Positions 18,868 through 29,919 are shown, counted from the stretch's first letter. The stretch: 64,000 nt of DNA from an uncultured delta proteobacterium (GCA_963699755.1 CAVOVB010000008.1:64001-128000), one strand, 5' to 3'. Numbers and translations are program-made. The notes: generated by a model not told the origin, from the sequence alone.

Positions 18868-20139
18868 CTACTGGGCCAGATGGGGCGCCTTGGCGTTCGT
18901 CATCGTCACCGGAGCCACGAAATCGACGTATGGCTCGTCGCTTACGGTGACGAGGCCGAAGTTGTTGTCCTCACCGTCACCGCGACCGCCCACTGGCTGA
19001 TCGACGTACTCGAACCAGTGTTGCCCGACGATGTATGGAGCATCAAAGCATTTCTGGACGTATTCATCGTAGGCCGCAGCCCGTTCGCGCTGCGTATCGA
19101 ACGTCAGATAGATCGGCGGGTACGTGTTGGGTGGATCGCTCTCGCTGCTGCGAAAGGAGAACTCGGTCGCCATCAGTGGGAGACCGGAGAGCTCATGGTA
19201 AGCTTCGAGCCAGCCGTCGATCGGCACCAAGGGGCCCCAGCCCTGGTTCAGGAGCTCGAAGAAGCCCTCGGGCGTCGCGTAGAAGTTGACGCTGAAAACG
19301 TCGAGGTACGGCGCTGCAGCCTGCGGCACCTGTCGAGGCATGCTCAGGCTCGATGCTCGTGCGCCCAGAATCAAGTGGTTCGGGTCGAATTCGCGGATGG
19401 CCTCGGTCGTCACCCGAAAGTACCGATCGGCCAAGGCGAGCAAGAAGCCTTCATGATCGTCTTCGAACTGCTCGGCCATCTCCCTGCCGGGAGACCCCTC
19501 TTCGAGCGTCAGATAATCCTCCAACATGGTGGTTGGAGGCTCACTACGCCAGTCCTTTCCCCACTTGAGCTCGTTGTCGAGAAACCAGCCAAGCAGGTTG
19601 GGGTCGTCTTTCAGAGGTGCAACTCGAGCTTCAGCCACCATTCGCACGTGAGCTTCAAACGCGGGCGCGAACCAGTCGGGCTGGCGCGCGCCCATCCCAA
19701 GCAGCTCGGTGTAGGGCATCAGAGGCGCAAAAAGCTCGTCATCGGACCATGCACCGATGGTGTTGAAGCCCCAGGACTCCAAGCGCTGGGACGTCGCTTG
19801 GGCCCAGGCTTCGTGGCTTTCGTAGATGGAATCGATCGCCTCGCAGTACGGGCAGATGCCGGTCTCTCGGTCGGTGTTGTTCTTGGCGGTGACGTGGTTT
19901 ACGCCAACCGAATAGAAGGGCTTGCCGTCCGGCGTGATCATGAGCCAACGCTCACCGACCCGGGCTACTTGGAAGAAGCCCGTTGCGTCGGGCAAGCTCG
20001 CATCGGGTTCTTGGCTGCCGTCGGGCTCCGCACCGGCGTCGACCACGGCGCCTGACTTCGTTTCAGTGCAAGCGCTCAGAACGAACGTTCCAAATAGCGC
20101 GACTGCAATTCCCGACCAGCACGAACCTCGTCTCATCAT
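18868..20139 (-). CDS. Glycoside hydrolase (GH-A clan, GH50/beta-agarase-like catalytic domain), probable lipoprotein
   Basis: LSAC lipobox; TGFFQV...RWLMITPDG, WGFNTIGAWSD, GWFLDNEL, DPNHLILG, ATEFSF, VGQHWFEYVDQP, GEDNNFGLV; start could be 20142, 20139 or 20136. Confidence 0.75.
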   Translation of the reverse strand: MMRRGSCWSGIAVALFGTFVLSACTETKSGAVVDAGAEPDGSQEPDASLPDATGFFQVARVGERWLMITPDGKPFYSVGVNHVTAKNNTDRETGICPYCEAIDSIYESHEAWAQATSQRLESWGFNTIGAWSDDELFAPLMPYTELLGMGARQPDWFAPAFEAHVRMVAEARVAPLKDDPNLLGWFLDNELKWGKDWRSEPPTTMLEDYLTLEEGSPGREMAEQFEDDHEGFLLALADRYFRVTTEAIREFDPNHLILGARASSLSMPRQVPQAAAPYLDVFSVNFYATPEGFFELLNQGWGPLVPIDGWLEAYHELSGLPLMATEFSFRSSESDPPNTYPPIYLTFDTQRERAAAYDEYVQKCFDAPYIVGQHWFEYVDQPVGGRGDGEDNNFGLVTVSDEPYVDFVAPVTMTNAKAPHLAQ

Positions 20140-20214
20140 CAACCTCTATCCGCGCAGTACAGTGGAGCTTAGCATTTGCCCTCCACCCAGGTAGGATGAT
20201 GCGACACGGGCAGG

Positions 20215-21546
20215 GTGAGCATCGAAAACGCAGATTCGCAGAGGTCCACCTCGGGCAGAGGGTTCTTGGACCTCTGGTCCGGGGTTGGCCTGGTCGTCGC
20301 GAACATGATCGGCGCAGGAGTCTTTTTGAGCGCTGGGTTCATGGCCCAGGAGCTCAGCGCCGAGTGGATTCTTGCGGCCTGGGGGCTTGGAGCGGTCCTG
20401 GCGATGGCGGGCGCCCGCACCTATGGCGAGGCCGCCGTGATGATCCCGCGATCCGGCGGCGAGTACCGCTATCTATCCGAGCTCCTCCATCCTGCATTGG
20501 GCTATCTCGCCGGTTGGGCCTCTCTGCTCGTCGGTTTCTCGGCGCCGATGGCGATCAGCGCCTTCGCAGCGGCGGCTTTTGCCTTTGCTGTCTTCGGGTC
20601 CGGCGACGCCCGCATCGGAGCGACCGCCCTCATCGCTACCCTCACCGTATTTCATGCCATTGGCCTCCGGCTCTCGAAGTGGACCCAGAACAGCCTCGTC
20701 GTCGTCAAGGGGCTTCTGATTCTCGCTTTCGTGGCGCTGGGCCTGTCCCTGGGTCAAACGCAGTGGCCGACCTGGGTGCCGCCATCCCAACAGAACAGCC
20801 TTGCCCTTCCGTTTGCGACGAGTCTCTTCTTCGTTGCATACGCGTTCTCCGGTTGGAACGCGGCCGCCTACGCCGCGGAAGAGTTTCGAGCTCCTCGCCG
20901 CGACGTCCCACGTGCCATGCTGATCGGCTGCGGACTCGTTGGAGTCACCTACGTCTTGGTCAATTGGGTCCTCGTCGCGAATCTCACTCCGGAGAGAGCT
21001 CGAGTCGTCTTCGAATACGAAGAGGCGAGAGTCACGCTCGGACACCTCGTCGCTCGAGACTTTCTTGGTGATTTCGGCGCCCGCGCCACGTCGCTCGGGA
21101 TTGCTGCGGTCATGGTTTCGAGTTGCAGCGCGATGCTCTTGGTCGGTCCTCGCGTTTACGCCGAGATGGCCCGCGATGGGTTTCTTCCGTCCTTTCTCCG
21201 CGGCGAGCCGGGCGCACCGCCGCGCGCAGCCGTGTTCCTCCAGGGCGTGCTGGCCATTGCGCTCCTCTACCTGCACAGCATCAGTGAGCTTCTGAGCAAT
21301 GTGGCAGGCATCCTCGTCTTCTTCTCGGCGCTCGTCGCGGTCGGGCTCTTCGTCGCAAAGCGGACACGGCCGAACCTCGATCCCCCGCGCGCTGGGGCGC
21401 TCGTCGCGGCCGCGATCTATACCGCCTCGTCGCTTTGGATGCTCTACAACGCGTTCAAGATCCACACGGGCCTTTTCCCTTGGATCGCGCTTGCGACCGG
21501 GGCTGCCTTGATCGGCTATGCGCTTACCGCGCGGCGGGCTAGCTGA
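20215..21546 (+). CDS. APC-family amino acid permease
   Basis: [35 protein letters not shown]; about 12 hydrophobic segments. Confidence 0.9.
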   Translation: MSIENADSQRSTSGRGFLDLWSGVGLVVANMIGAGVFLSAGFMAQELSAEWILAAWGLGAVLAMAGARTYGEAAVMIPRSGGEYRYLSELLHPALGYLAGWASLLVGFSAPMAISAFAAAAFAFAVFGSGDARIGATALIATLTVFHAIGLRLSKWTQNSLVVVKGLLILAFVALGLSLGQTQWPTWVPPSQQNSLALPFATSLFFVAYAFSGWNAAAYAAEEFRAPRRDVPRAMLIGCGLVGVTYVLVNWVLVANLTPERARVVFEYEEARVTLGHLVARDFLGDFGARATSLGIAAVMVSSCSAMLLVGPRVYAEMARDGFLPSFLRGEPGAPPRAAVFLQGVLAIALLYLHSISELLSNVAGILVFFSALVAVGLFVAKRTRPNLDPPRAGALVAAAIYTASSLWMLYNAFKIHTGLFPWIALATGAALIGYALTARRAS

Positions 21547-23821
21547 CGATTGTGTCCAAGGCCCTTGCGTGGGACTCCGCTAGGTCTTCGACCGGCACTT
21601 CACAGACGCCTTCAATGGTGAGCGTCTGGCCGCCGACCGCCCCGATCTCTTCGAAGGGCACGCCGTAGCGTCTGCAGATCTCGCCAACCTCGCCGATCTT
21701 GTTCGGCGAGAAGCTGACGATGATGCGTGTTGGCTCCTCGCTGAACAGAAGCGCGTGCGCCGGTGCGTCTTCACTCGAAGGAAGGGTCACTTTCGCGCCA
21801 TGTCGGTGCGCGATGCAAGACTCTGCCAGTGCCACCGCAAAGCCCCCGTCGCTGATGTCGTGCGCGCTCCTCAGCAATTTGCCGCGAGCGAGATCGAGCA
21901 CCGCGCGCTGCAGCGCGGCCTCTGCGTCGAGATCGATCCCGACGGGCGCGCCGGTGACCGAGCCGCTTTGCTGCACGAGCCATTCGGAGCCGCCGAGAAC
22001 CCCGCGCGACGGGCGCCCTAGGTGTGCAATGAGATCCCCTTCGGATAGGAAGCCCAGGCCGAGCCTATGATCCGGGTCTTCGAGCTGACCTACCACGGCG
22101 ACCGTCGGCGTCGGCAGAATCGCCTTGCCATCGGTTTCGTTGTAGAGGCTCACGTTGCCGGAGACGACCGGCGCGTCGAGCGCGCTGCATGCGGCTGCCA
22201 AGCCGTCGATCGCCTGGGCGAAGCGCCACATCTGCTCGGGCACCTCGGGGTTTCCGAAATTCAAGCAGTCCGTCAGCCCGAGCGGCTTGGCGCCAACGCA
22301 GACGACGTTGCGCGTGCACTCGGCGACAGCCATTGCTGCGCCGCCGAAGGGGTCGATCTCCACGTGCCGGCCATTGCAGTCCACGGATACCGCGAGGAAC
22401 TTCTCGTGTGTGCCGTCGGCGTCCTCGCAGAAGGCTCGCATCACAGCCGCGTCGCCATCGCCGGGACGAATCACCGTGCCATCTCGAACGATGTGATCGT
22501 ACTGCCGCCAGATCCAGGAACGGCTTCCAATGTTGGGTGAGCCGATCAAACGAACGAGCTCCGCGCCCAGGTCCTCGGGGGCATCGCCGACCATCGTCAG
22601 CAGGGTCGCATGATCGGCCCGCTCTCGTTGCGGTCGGTCATACTTGGGCGCTGCATTGGTCAGTAGGTCCACTGGCAAGTCTACCACGACGACGGGATCG
22701 GGCCTGCCGGTGCCGTCGAAGGGATCGTAGCCGGGGGTGGCTTTGCAGACGAACCGGCCGGTGTCGGTGACGCGGCCGACGATCGACGCGTCCAAGTCCC
22801 ACTTGGCGCAGATCGCGAAGACCTCTTGTTCGCGTCCCTCTTTGGCGACCATCAGCATCCGTTCCTGAGATTCGCTCAGGAGCATTTCGTAAGGGCTCAA
22901 CGCTTTGGTACGACGCGGAATCATGTCGAGATCGAGCTCGATGCCGTTGCCGGCACGGTCGGCCATTTCGACCGACGAGGAGGTCAGCCCCGCGGCACCC
23001 ATGTCCTGCACTCCCGAGAGGCAGTCGGTCGCAAAGATCTCGAGGCAGGCTTCGAGCAGGAGCTTCTCCATGAACGGGTCGCCCACTTGCACGGTGGGGA
23101 GCTTGCTGTCGGTTTCTTCGCCAAACTCCGCGCTCGCCATCGTGGCACCATGAATCCCATCACGGCCGGTCTTTGCCCCGACGTAAATGATGGGGTTGCC
23201 GATGCCTTCGGCAACTCCGAAGAAGAGGTCGTCGGTCTTGGCAATGCCCACGGTGAACGCATTGACCAAAATGTTTCCGTCGTAGCTCGAGTCGAACTGC
23301 ACTTCACCACCCACCGTCGGAACACCGATGCAGTTGCCGTAGCCGCCGATGCCGGCAACCACGCCTTTGATAAGCTGAGGCGTCTTTGGATGATCGGGTC
23401 GCCCGAATCTGAGTGAGTTCAAAGAGGCGATTGGACGCGCGCCCATCGTGAAGACGTCGCGCAAGATGCCGCCGACGCCCGTTGCCGCACCCTGGTACGG
23501 CTCGATGTAAGAAGGATGGTTGTGCGACTCCATTTTGAAGACGGCGCAGAACCCATCTCCGATGTCGACCGCACCAGCGTTCTCGCCTGGCCCCTGCACC
23601 ACTTGCGGGCCCGTCGTGGGCAGGCGGGCAAGATGGACGCGGGAGGACTTGTACGAGCAGTGCTCGGACCACATTACACTGATGACCCCGAGCTCTGCAT
23701 AGCTCGGCGTGCGGGAGAGCGTGCTCAGGACACGTTCCCATTCGTGCGGTGCGAGCCCGAACTCGCGGGCGATCTCGGGCGAGCTGTCGGGCTCTCCGGG
23801 AAAGTTTGGCGGTGCGCTCAT
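21539..23821 (-). CDS. purL: Phosphoribosylformylglycinamidine synthase subunit PurL (small type)
   Basis: [56 protein letters not shown]. Confidence 0.97.
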   Translation of the reverse strand: MSAPPNFPGEPDSSPEIAREFGLAPHEWERVLSTLSRTPSYAELGVISVMWSEHCSYKSSRVHLARLPTTGPQVVQGPGENAGAVDIGDGFCAVFKMESHNHPSYIEPYQGAATGVGGILRDVFTMGARPIASLNSLRFGRPDHPKTPQLIKGVVAGIGGYGNCIGVPTVGGEVQFDSSYDGNILVNAFTVGIAKTDDLFFGVAEGIGNPIIYVGAKTGRDGIHGATMASAEFGEETDSKLPTVQVGDPFMEKLLLEACLEIFATDCLSGVQDMGAAGLTSSSVEMADRAGNGIELDLDMIPRRTKALSPYEMLLSESQERMLMVAKEGREQEVFAICAKWDLDASIVGRVTDTGRFVCKATPGYDPFDGTGRPDPVVVVDLPVDLLTNAAPKYDRPQRERADHATLLTMVGDAPEDLGAELVRLIGSPNIGSRSWIWRQYDHIVRDGTVIRPGDGDAAVMRAFCEDADGTHEKFLAVSVDCNGRHVEIDPFGGAAMAVAECTRNVVCVGAKPLGLTDCLNFGNPEVPEQMWRFAQAIDGLAAACSALDAPVVSGNVSLYNETDGKAILPTPTVAVVGQLEDPDHRLGLGFLSEGDLIAHLGRPSRGVLGGSEWLVQQSGSVTGAPVGIDLDAEAALQRAVLDLARGKLLRSAHDISDGGFAVALAESCIAHRHGAKVTLPSSEDAPAHALLFSEEPTRIIVSFSPNKIGEVGEICRRYGVPFEEIGAVGGQTLTIEGVCEVPVEDLAESHARALDTIVS

Positions 23822-24513
23822 TCGAACCCCAGGTGCCGCCGAAGCGATCTGAGTAGGGCGAGCCCGTCGTCGTTGCCGAGGATGGCTTCACTGGCCCGTT
23901 CGGGATGTGGCATCATTCCGAGTACATTCTTTTGGCGGTTGTACAGGCCAGCGATGTCGCCGACCGAGCCGTTTGGATTGGCATCGCTGCCATTCGGTGC
24001 GTCGCCGCTGCGGGTACAGTAGCGGAAAGCGATTTGCTCGTTGCGCTCGAGCTCGGCAAGACCGGCCTCCGTCGTATGGTACCGGCCGTCTGCATGCGCG
24101 ATCGGCAGCCGGAGCACCTTGCCTTTGCGCATGTCCGTGAATGGACCTTCGTTCTCGACGCGGACGTAGATGTCGCGGCACTCGAAGCGGAGATGCGCGT
24201 TCCGGGTCAGTGCCCCAGGAAGGAGCCCCATCTCCGTGAGAATTTGGAATCCGTTGCAGATGCCGAGGACCGGTCCACCACGGCCGGCGAATTCTCGAAC
24301 CGCATTGTCGATCGGGCTGAAGCACGCGATCGCGCCGGCGCGCAGGTAGTCCCCATAGGAGAAACCACCGGGAATCACGACAGCGTCCGCGTCACCCAGG
24401 CTGGTCTCTTTGTGGAAAGTATACCAGGCGTCCGCACCCAAGACGTCGCGCACTGCGTGCAGCGCGTCCCAGTCGGCATTGGAGCCCGGGAATTGTAAGA
24501 CAGCGACTCTCAT
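23818..24513 (-). CDS. purQ: Phosphoribosylformylglycinamidine synthase subunit PurQ
   Basis: [35 protein letters not shown]. Confidence 0.96.
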   Translation of the reverse strand: MRVAVLQFPGSNADWDALHAVRDVLGADAWYTFHKETSLGDADAVVIPGGFSYGDYLRAGAIACFSPIDNAVREFAGRGGPVLGICNGFQILTEMGLLPGALTRNAHLRFECRDIYVRVENEGPFTDMRKGKVLRLPIAHADGRYHTTEAGLAELERNEQIAFRYCTRSGDAPNGSDANPNGSVGDIAGLYNRQKNVLGMMPHPERASEAILGNDDGLALLRSLRRHLGFE

Positions 24514-24583
24514 CAGGCGGTTCCGTCGTCCTCGGCGCGCGGAGCATAGAACGGACCTGCCGTCAGGCAACGCGGAAGGAACG

Positions 24584-25210
24584 CTATCGGATCGGCTCGA
24601 AATAACCGTGGCTGAGCTCGGGGTCGAGCCCCTCGGCCGGAGTCAAGCGAAAGACGATCGTTCCGCGACAGCTCGAAGCATCCACGACCCCAAAGGCGCG
24701 GCTGTCCTGTCCCATGTAGCCGCGGTAGTCCCCGAGCAGGTAGAGCTTGCCCGGAGCGACCTCGGTCTTCGTGACGTGGTGCTGCCGATTCTCCCCCAGA
24801 AAGATCCTGTGGGAACTGGCTCCAAGGTACTCGTCTCCCCAGGTCAGCTGCACCGTCCGGTCGGTGTCACCGTTGTAGAACGAAGTGCCGCCGCGGCTGT
24901 CGAAGTCCAGCGGCTTGCCGTCGATCAGGAGCTTGGTGCCGGCCGAGCTGATCGTCATTCCCTCCGTTGCCGTGACCCGCGCGACGACCCATCCGACCTC
25001 GGTCGGATGCTGGCAGACCGCGATCGCGCCGAGCTCTGGGCTCGTTCGCTTGTTGATGAGAACACGCTCCCCTCGGAGCAAAGTCGGCGCCATCCCGTTG
25101 TGTCCGACTTCGGCCATATCGAAAAAGAGCGCTTTCAGGAGCAAGGCGATGACGATGAGAATCGCGCCCAACCAAGAAAGGACTCCAAGCCCTTTGCGAA
25201 TCACCCCCAT
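24584..25210 (-). CDS. Signal peptidase I (S26) homolog with altered catalytic residues
   Basis: N-terminal TM helix, then MAPTLLRGERVLINK (box B/C), RVTATEG (box D), LLGDYR...DSRAFG (box E); catalytic Ser and Lys positions read Gly and Ala. Confidence 0.75.
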   Translation of the reverse strand: MGVIRKGLGVLSWLGAILIVIALLLKALFFDMAEVGHNGMAPTLLRGERVLINKRTSPELGAIAVCQHPTEVGWVVARVTATEGMTISSAGTKLLIDGKPLDFDSRGGTSFYNGDTDRTVQLTWGDEYLGASSHRIFLGENRQHHVTKTEVAPGKLYLLGDYRGYMGQDSRAFGVVDASSCRGTIVFRLTPAEGLDPELSHGYFEPIR

Positions 25211-25218
25211 GAAGCTGC

Positions 25219-25857
25219 CTATTCGCCGCTCGAGACACTCTTGTCAAGCTCGCCGAGGAAGCGCTGCAAGGCTTCGTAGGGACGCTCGGTCGTATATATC
25301 GCTCGCCGGATGCCGACCCCAAACGCACCCACACGGAGCAAGGGCCGCAAATCCTCCGGACCAATGCCGCCGAGGGCATATGTCGGGATCCCGACATCGG
25401 CGATCGCTCTTCCAAACCCGTTGAGCCCGATGGGAGGCGCCTTCCCGGGGACGTGGAACACAGGGCTGAGGAAGGCATAGCTCGCCTGTTCTCGTTCCGC
25501 GGCCTCGAGGCCCCTCCGATCGTGCCGCGAGACGCCGACGATGCGCAGGAAAGGCCAATGCCGTCGGATTTCGATCGGAGGGAGGCCGCGTTCCGGCAGA
25601 TGAACACCATCGGCACCGACGATCTGGGCGAGGTCCGGCCGTCGGTTCACCGTCAAGATGGCGCCCGTGTCCCCGGTAAGCTGGCGAAGCTCCCGCCCCC
25701 AGTGAACCAGTTGCCGATCGGACGCCTGTTGGGCGCGGAGTTGCACGCCGAGCACGCCGGGCGGGCATCCATCGAGTGCGCGCCGAATCGGAGTCACGGG
25801 GCCCTCCCGATGGTCCGGGTCGGTGATGATCCAGATCCGCGGAAGCCCTTCGCTCAT
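25219..25857 (-). CDS. Thiamine-phosphate synthase/TenI-family protein
   Basis: IITD, VQLR, NRRPDLA, GADGVHL, GVSRH, LSPVF, YALGGI; downstream of thiG. Confidence 0.82.
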   Translation of the reverse strand: MSEGLPRIWIITDPDHREGPVTPIRRALDGCPPGVLGVQLRAQQASDRQLVHWGRELRQLTGDTGAILTVNRRPDLAQIVGADGVHLPERGLPPIEIRRHWPFLRIVGVSRHDRRGLEAAEREQASYAFLSPVFHVPGKAPPIGLNGFGRAIADVGIPTYALGGIGPEDLRPLLRVGAFGVGIRRAIYTTERPYEALQRFLGELDKSVSSGE

Positions 25858-25867
25858 CGGAACACGC

Positions 25868-26665
25868 TCAGGACCGGCCGTCCTGATCGGAGCCGATGAC
25901 GCCTTGCAGCGGGCTCGATGCGGTCGCGTAGAGCTTCCGAGGAATCCGGCCCGCAAGGAACGCGTCGCGGCCGGCCTCGACGCCGGCCTTCATCGCGCGG
26001 GCCATCCGCACCGGGTCTTTCGCACCGGCGATCGCCGTATTCATCAGCACGCCGTCAACGCCGAGCTCCATGGCGATGGCAGCGTCCGAGGCTGTCCCGA
26101 CGCCGGCATCGACGATCACGGGCACGCTGGCGTGCTTGACGATGATTTCGATGTTGAAGGGGTTGCGCACCCCAAGGCCGCTGCCGATGGGTGCGGCAAG
26201 CGGCATGACCGCCGCGCAACCGAGCTCTTCTAGTCGCAGCGCGGCGATCGGGTCGTCGTTGAAGTAAGGCAGGACGGTGAAGCCGTCGTCTACCAGAGTC
26301 TTTGCCGCCTCGAGCGTTGCCGGGACATCGGGGAACAGGGTCTTCTCGTCGCCGATGACCTCGAGCTTGATCAGCGGCGTGTCGAGAAGCTCTCGCGCCA
26401 ACCGGGCGGTGCGAACAGCATCCTCGGCGGTGTAGCAACCGGCCGTGTTCGGGAGGAGCGTGTACTTGCCATCGCGGAGGACCGTCATGATCGAGTCGGA
26501 TCCGGTGGCCTTCAAATCGACGCGGCGCACCGCAACCGTGACGACTTCGCAACCCGACGTTTCGAGCGCCCGTCTCGCGGTGTCGAGGTCGGGGTACTTG
26601 CCCGTGCCTGTAAACAGGCGCGAGTGAAACTCGAACTGGCCGATCTTCAGAACGTCTTCGGACAC
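25868..26665 (-). CDS. thiG: Thiazole synthase
   Basis: [53 protein letters not shown]. Confidence 0.97.
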   Translation of the reverse strand: MSEDVLKIGQFEFHSRLFTGTGKYPDLDTARRALETSGCEVVTVAVRRVDLKATGSDSIMTVLRDGKYTLLPNTAGCYTAEDAVRTARLARELLDTPLIKLEVIGDEKTLFPDVPATLEAAKTLVDDGFTVLPYFNDDPIAALRLEELGCAAVMPLAAPIGSGLGVRNPFNIEIIVKHASVPVIVDAGVGTASDAAIAMELGVDGVLMNTAIAGAKDPVRMARAMKAGVEAGRDAFLAGRIPRKLYATASSPLQGVIGSDQDGRS

Positions 26666-26866
26666 CTAACCGCCTCCTACGAAATGAACGACCTCGACCC
26701 TGTCACCCTCGCTGAGCTTTGTGCTTTCATGTTGGGCCCGCGGCACGACTTCTTCGTTGCGCTCGACCGCCACCAAGGTGTCGGCGAGACCAAGAGACAA
26801 GAGCAACTCCTTGACCGTCATGCTGGGCTCGACTTGTCGTTCTTCACCGTTGACCAGGAGGCGCAT
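26666..26866 (-). CDS. thiS: Sulfur carrier protein ThiS
   Basis: 66 aa, [17 protein letters not shown]-terminal FVGGG. Confidence 0.96.
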   Translation of the reverse strand: MRLLVNGEERQVEPSMTVKELLLSLGLADTLVAVERNEEVVPRAQHESTKLSEGDRVEVVHFVGGG

Positions 26867-26952
26867 CGGCCGAGAGAGTAGGGCGGCCCTCGGCGTGCTG
26901 CAAGCGGCTTCGGAGATGGGCGCAGTTCCAGCTGGATGCTAGGCTCGGCCGC

Positions 26953-27822
26953 GTGAAGCGCATCGTGCAGGGCGACAATTTACGGGTTCTCGCGACCTTG
27001 CCGCGAGAGCATGCGCGCTTGATCTACATCGACCCGCCTTTCAACACCGGGCGCAAGCAGTCTCGTCAGCGGATGCAGGTGCGGGCTGCGGAGGACGGTG
27101 AGCGAAAAGGCTTTGCTGGGCGTCGCTACGATGTCGAGCGCATCGACAGCCCTGCCTATGAAGACGAATACGACGAATACGTCCCCTTTCTCCTGAGTCG
27201 AATCGAAGCGGCCCTTCCCTGCCTGACCGCCGATGGCTCGCTCTTCGTGCACCTGGACTACCGCGAAGTGCACTACGTGAAAGTGGCACTCGATCGCCTT
27301 TTCGGCCGCGAGTGCTTCCGCAACGAGATCATCTGGGCCTATGACTTCGGAGGGCGGCCGAAGCGATGGTGGCCGGCTAAGCACGACACCTTACTCTGGT
27401 ACGTGCGCGACCCGAAAAACTACGTCTTTGAGTTTGAAGAGATGGACCGCATTCCCTACATGGCACCTGGGCTCGTTGGGAAAGAGAAAGCAGCCCGTGG
27501 CAAGACCCCCACCGACGTCTGGTGGCACACCATCGTTCCAACCAATGGCAAAGAGAAGACCGGCTACCCGACACAGAAGCCGCTAGGAGTGCTCGAGCGC
27601 ATCATCAAGGTTCACAGCGAGTCTGGCGACACGGTCCTCGACTTCTTCGCTGGAAGCGGGACGACCGGTGAGGCCGCAGCGCGCCTGGGCAGAGGATTCG
27701 TGCTGGTCGATGAGCATCCCGAAGCGATCGAGATCATGCGCAAGCGGCTCGCCAACTGGGAGCCGGAGATCGAGGTTCACAACGGCGATCAACGGGGGAC
27801 CAGCTCGACCTCGAACAGCTGA
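26953..27822 (+). CDS. Orphan N6A/N4C DNA methyltransferase (beta class)
   Basis: IYIDPPFNTG catalytic motif precedes YPTQKP and VLDFFAGSGTT (SAM binding); no adjacent endonuclease. Confidence 0.9.
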   Translation: MKRIVQGDNLRVLATLPREHARLIYIDPPFNTGRKQSRQRMQVRAAEDGERKGFAGRRYDVERIDSPAYEDEYDEYVPFLLSRIEAALPCLTADGSLFVHLDYREVHYVKVALDRLFGRECFRNEIIWAYDFGGRPKRWWPAKHDTLLWYVRDPKNYVFEFEEMDRIPYMAPGLVGKEKAARGKTPTDVWWHTIVPTNGKEKTGYPTQKPLGVLERIIKVHSESGDTVLDFFAGSGTTGEAAARLGRGFVLVDEHPEAIEIMRKRLANWEPEIEVHNGDQRGTSSTSNS

Positions 27823-28688
27823 GGCCAGAGCTTCCCCGTGACGAGAAACGTCTTCGAATCTTCTTTATAGGCAATTCCATTGAGCACATCGGCCGCCCTC
27901 GATTCGGCCGCTGTCAGCAGGCCGCTTGCATCGATGCTCGCCGTGACGCGCCCGGTCTTCGCATCAACGCGGAGGATTTCGTTGCGCTGCCAGACATTGG
28001 CGTAAATCTCGGAGCCCACGCACTCGAGCTCGTTGAGCCTCGGCACCGGATGCCCGTTCTTCATGACGCTCACCTCGCGCAGAATCTCCAACGACTTCGG
28101 ATCGCGAAATTCGAGAATCGAGGAACCGTCACTCATCACCAGCGCCGTCCCGTCGAAACACAGCCCCCAACCCTCGCCGCGATACTGGAGCGTCGTTCGT
28201 GTCTCGAGTGTCGCTAGGTCCGACACGAGAGCAACGCCGGCACGCCAGGTGAGCTGAACTAGGCTATCGTCGATGAGGGCCAGTCCTTCGCCAAAAAGAT
28301 TCGGATCGAGCTTGCGCTCTGCGAGCACCTTGCCGTCTTCCAGCCGAACTTTTCGCAGCGAGGATTTCCCGTACTGGCCAGTGCTCTCGTACATGACGCC
28401 ATCATGCCAGATCAGCCCCTGCGTGAAGGCGTCTCGGTCGTGCGGGTACTTGCGAAGGACGCGTACGCGAAGGGCTTCGACGGTCGTTCCGCCGACGGGA
28501 CGTGGCGCATCAGCGGGGGTGACGTAAACGGGGGCGACGATTTCGTCGCTGGGTTCCCGACAGCCAGGCGCGGACAGCAGGCACGCCGCAACGAGAAGGT
28601 GCAGGAGAGTCGCAGTGAAGCGGGCGGGCGCGTGCCCCGGCTCGACACCTCTTCCCCCTCCTGTCTTGCGTCGTCGAGCCCTTGCCAT
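27789..28688 (-). CDS. Glutaminyl-peptide cyclotransferase (type I, beta-propeller), probably a lipoprotein
   Basis: PHDRDAFTQGL, YESTGQYG, FGEGL, QLTW, EGWGL, SDGS, LNELE, VLNGIAY, VTGKLWP. Confidence 0.92.
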   Translation of the reverse strand: MARARRRKTGGGRGVEPGHAPARFTATLLHLLVAACLLSAPGCREPSDEIVAPVYVTPADAPRPVGGTTVEALRVRVLRKYPHDRDAFTQGLIWHDGVMYESTGQYGKSSLRKVRLEDGKVLAERKLDPNLFGEGLALIDDSLVQLTWRAGVALVSDLATLETRTTLQYRGEGWGLCFDGTALVMSDGSSILEFRDPKSLEILREVSVMKNGHPVPRLNELECVGSEIYANVWQRNEILRVDAKTGRVTASIDASGLLTAAESRAADVLNGIAYKEDSKTFLVTGKLWPQLFEVELVPR

Positions 28689-28729
28689 GAAAGCGAGAGC
28701 CTAGCCTTCCGGCGTTGGGACGCCAATGC

Positions 28730-28758
28730 TTGACGCCGGCGATGCCAACCGTTAGCTC
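28730..28758 (+). promoter_or_regulatory. sigma70-type promoter of alr (leaderless-type)
   Basis: TTGACG - 17 nt - TAGCTC, 6 nt before the GTG start. Confidence 0.55.
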
Positions 28759-28764
28759 CAAGCC

Positions 28765-29919
28765 GTGCAATCCGATTCGTCGAAACCATCGAGGCCGCGC
28801 GTGCAGAGCGCGAATGCTTCGCTCCGGTCCACGCGTGCCGAAATATTGCTCGACGCAATCGGGCACAACCTTCGTGTGGTGCAGGGCGCGGCCCAGGGGC
28901 GCAAGATCCTCGCGGTCGTGAAGGCGGACGCCTATGGGCACGGCGTGGTTCCGGTCGCTCGGCGACTGCAGGCCGAAGGCGTCGATGGTTTTGGGGTGGC
29001 GCTGGCTGAAGAAGGGATCGAGCTTCGGCAAGCCGGTATCAACCGGGCGATTCTAGTCCTCAACGGTATCAACGGCGGCGCCCACCGCGAGATCATCGCG
29101 GCGGGGCTCACGCCCGTCCTCTACGACATCTCCGAGGCCAGCGCATTTGAAGAGGTTTCTGGGAATCGTCCGATCGACGTGCACCTCAAAGTCGACACGG
29201 GAATGGGCCGACTTGGGGTGCCCCTAGGCGAGCTCAGCAACTTTCTGCGTGACCTTCGTCGATTTCCTTCGATCCGGATCGCGGGCTTGATGACGCATCT
29301 TTCGACCGCCGACGCCGATCCGGAATATGTCGCAGAGCAGCTAGCCGGATTTGCGCAAGCGCGAGGTCTCGTTCGCCGATTCGGACACGAGCCGTCGGTC
29401 CTGCACGTCGCCAATAGCGCTGCCGTATTCCGGCATCCCGAATCCCATTTCGATTGGGTACGCACCGGGCTCGCCCTCTACGGGTACCCCGGCTCCGATA
29501 CGATCCACGCGCCGCTACGGCCCGCGCTTCGCTGGCGCACAGAGGTTCTTCGCGTGCGGACCCTGCAAGCAGGCGAATCGGTCGGCTACGGACGGTCGTT
29601 CCGCGCAAGCGAGGAGACTCTTTTGGCGACCATTCCGGTTGGCTACGGCGACGGTCTGCTGCGCTCGGCATCGAATCGCGGGCATGTTCTGATCGGGGGG
29701 AGGCGGTGTCCGATCGTCGGCAACATTGCGATGGATCTGACCACCGTGGACGTGTCAGGCGTCCCGGGTGTTGCAGTCGGGGACGAGGCCTTGCTGCTCG
29801 GCGAGCAGCAGGGCGCTGTCTTGGATGCTCGCGACCTCGCGTTGGCCGCCGGAACGATTCCGTACGAGGTGCTGACCAACGTGTCGCGTCGGGTACCCCG
29901 CGTCTATTTGAATGGCTGA
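28765..29919 (+). CDS. alr: Alanine racemase
   Basis: AVVKADAYGHG PLP-lysine motif, HLKVDTGMGRLG, VGYG, PVGYGDG, IPYEVL. Confidence 0.96.
   Translation: MQSDSSKPSRPRVQSANASLRSTRAEILLDAIGHNLRVVQGAAQGRKILAVVKADAYGHGVVPVARRLQAEGVDGFGVALAEEGIELRQAGINRAILVLNGINGGAHREIIAAGLTPVLYDISEASAFEEVSGNRPIDVHLKVDTGMGRLGVPLGELSNFLRDLRRFPSIRIAGLMTHLSTADADPEYVAEQLAGFAQARGLVRRFGHEPSVLHVANSAAVFRHPESHFDWVRTGLALYGYPGSDTIHAPLRPALRWRTEVLRVRTLQAGESVGYGRSFRASEETLLATIPVGYGDGLLRSASNRGHVLIGGRRCPIVGNIAMDLTTVDVSGVPGVAVGDEALLLGEQQGAVLDARDLALAAGTIPYEVLTNVSRRVPRVYLNG

Noticed and set aside
26867..26952. TPP riboswitch upstream of thiS
   Set aside because: Only 86 nt shared with a divergent gene, and no CUGAGA/CCCUU-type core is visible
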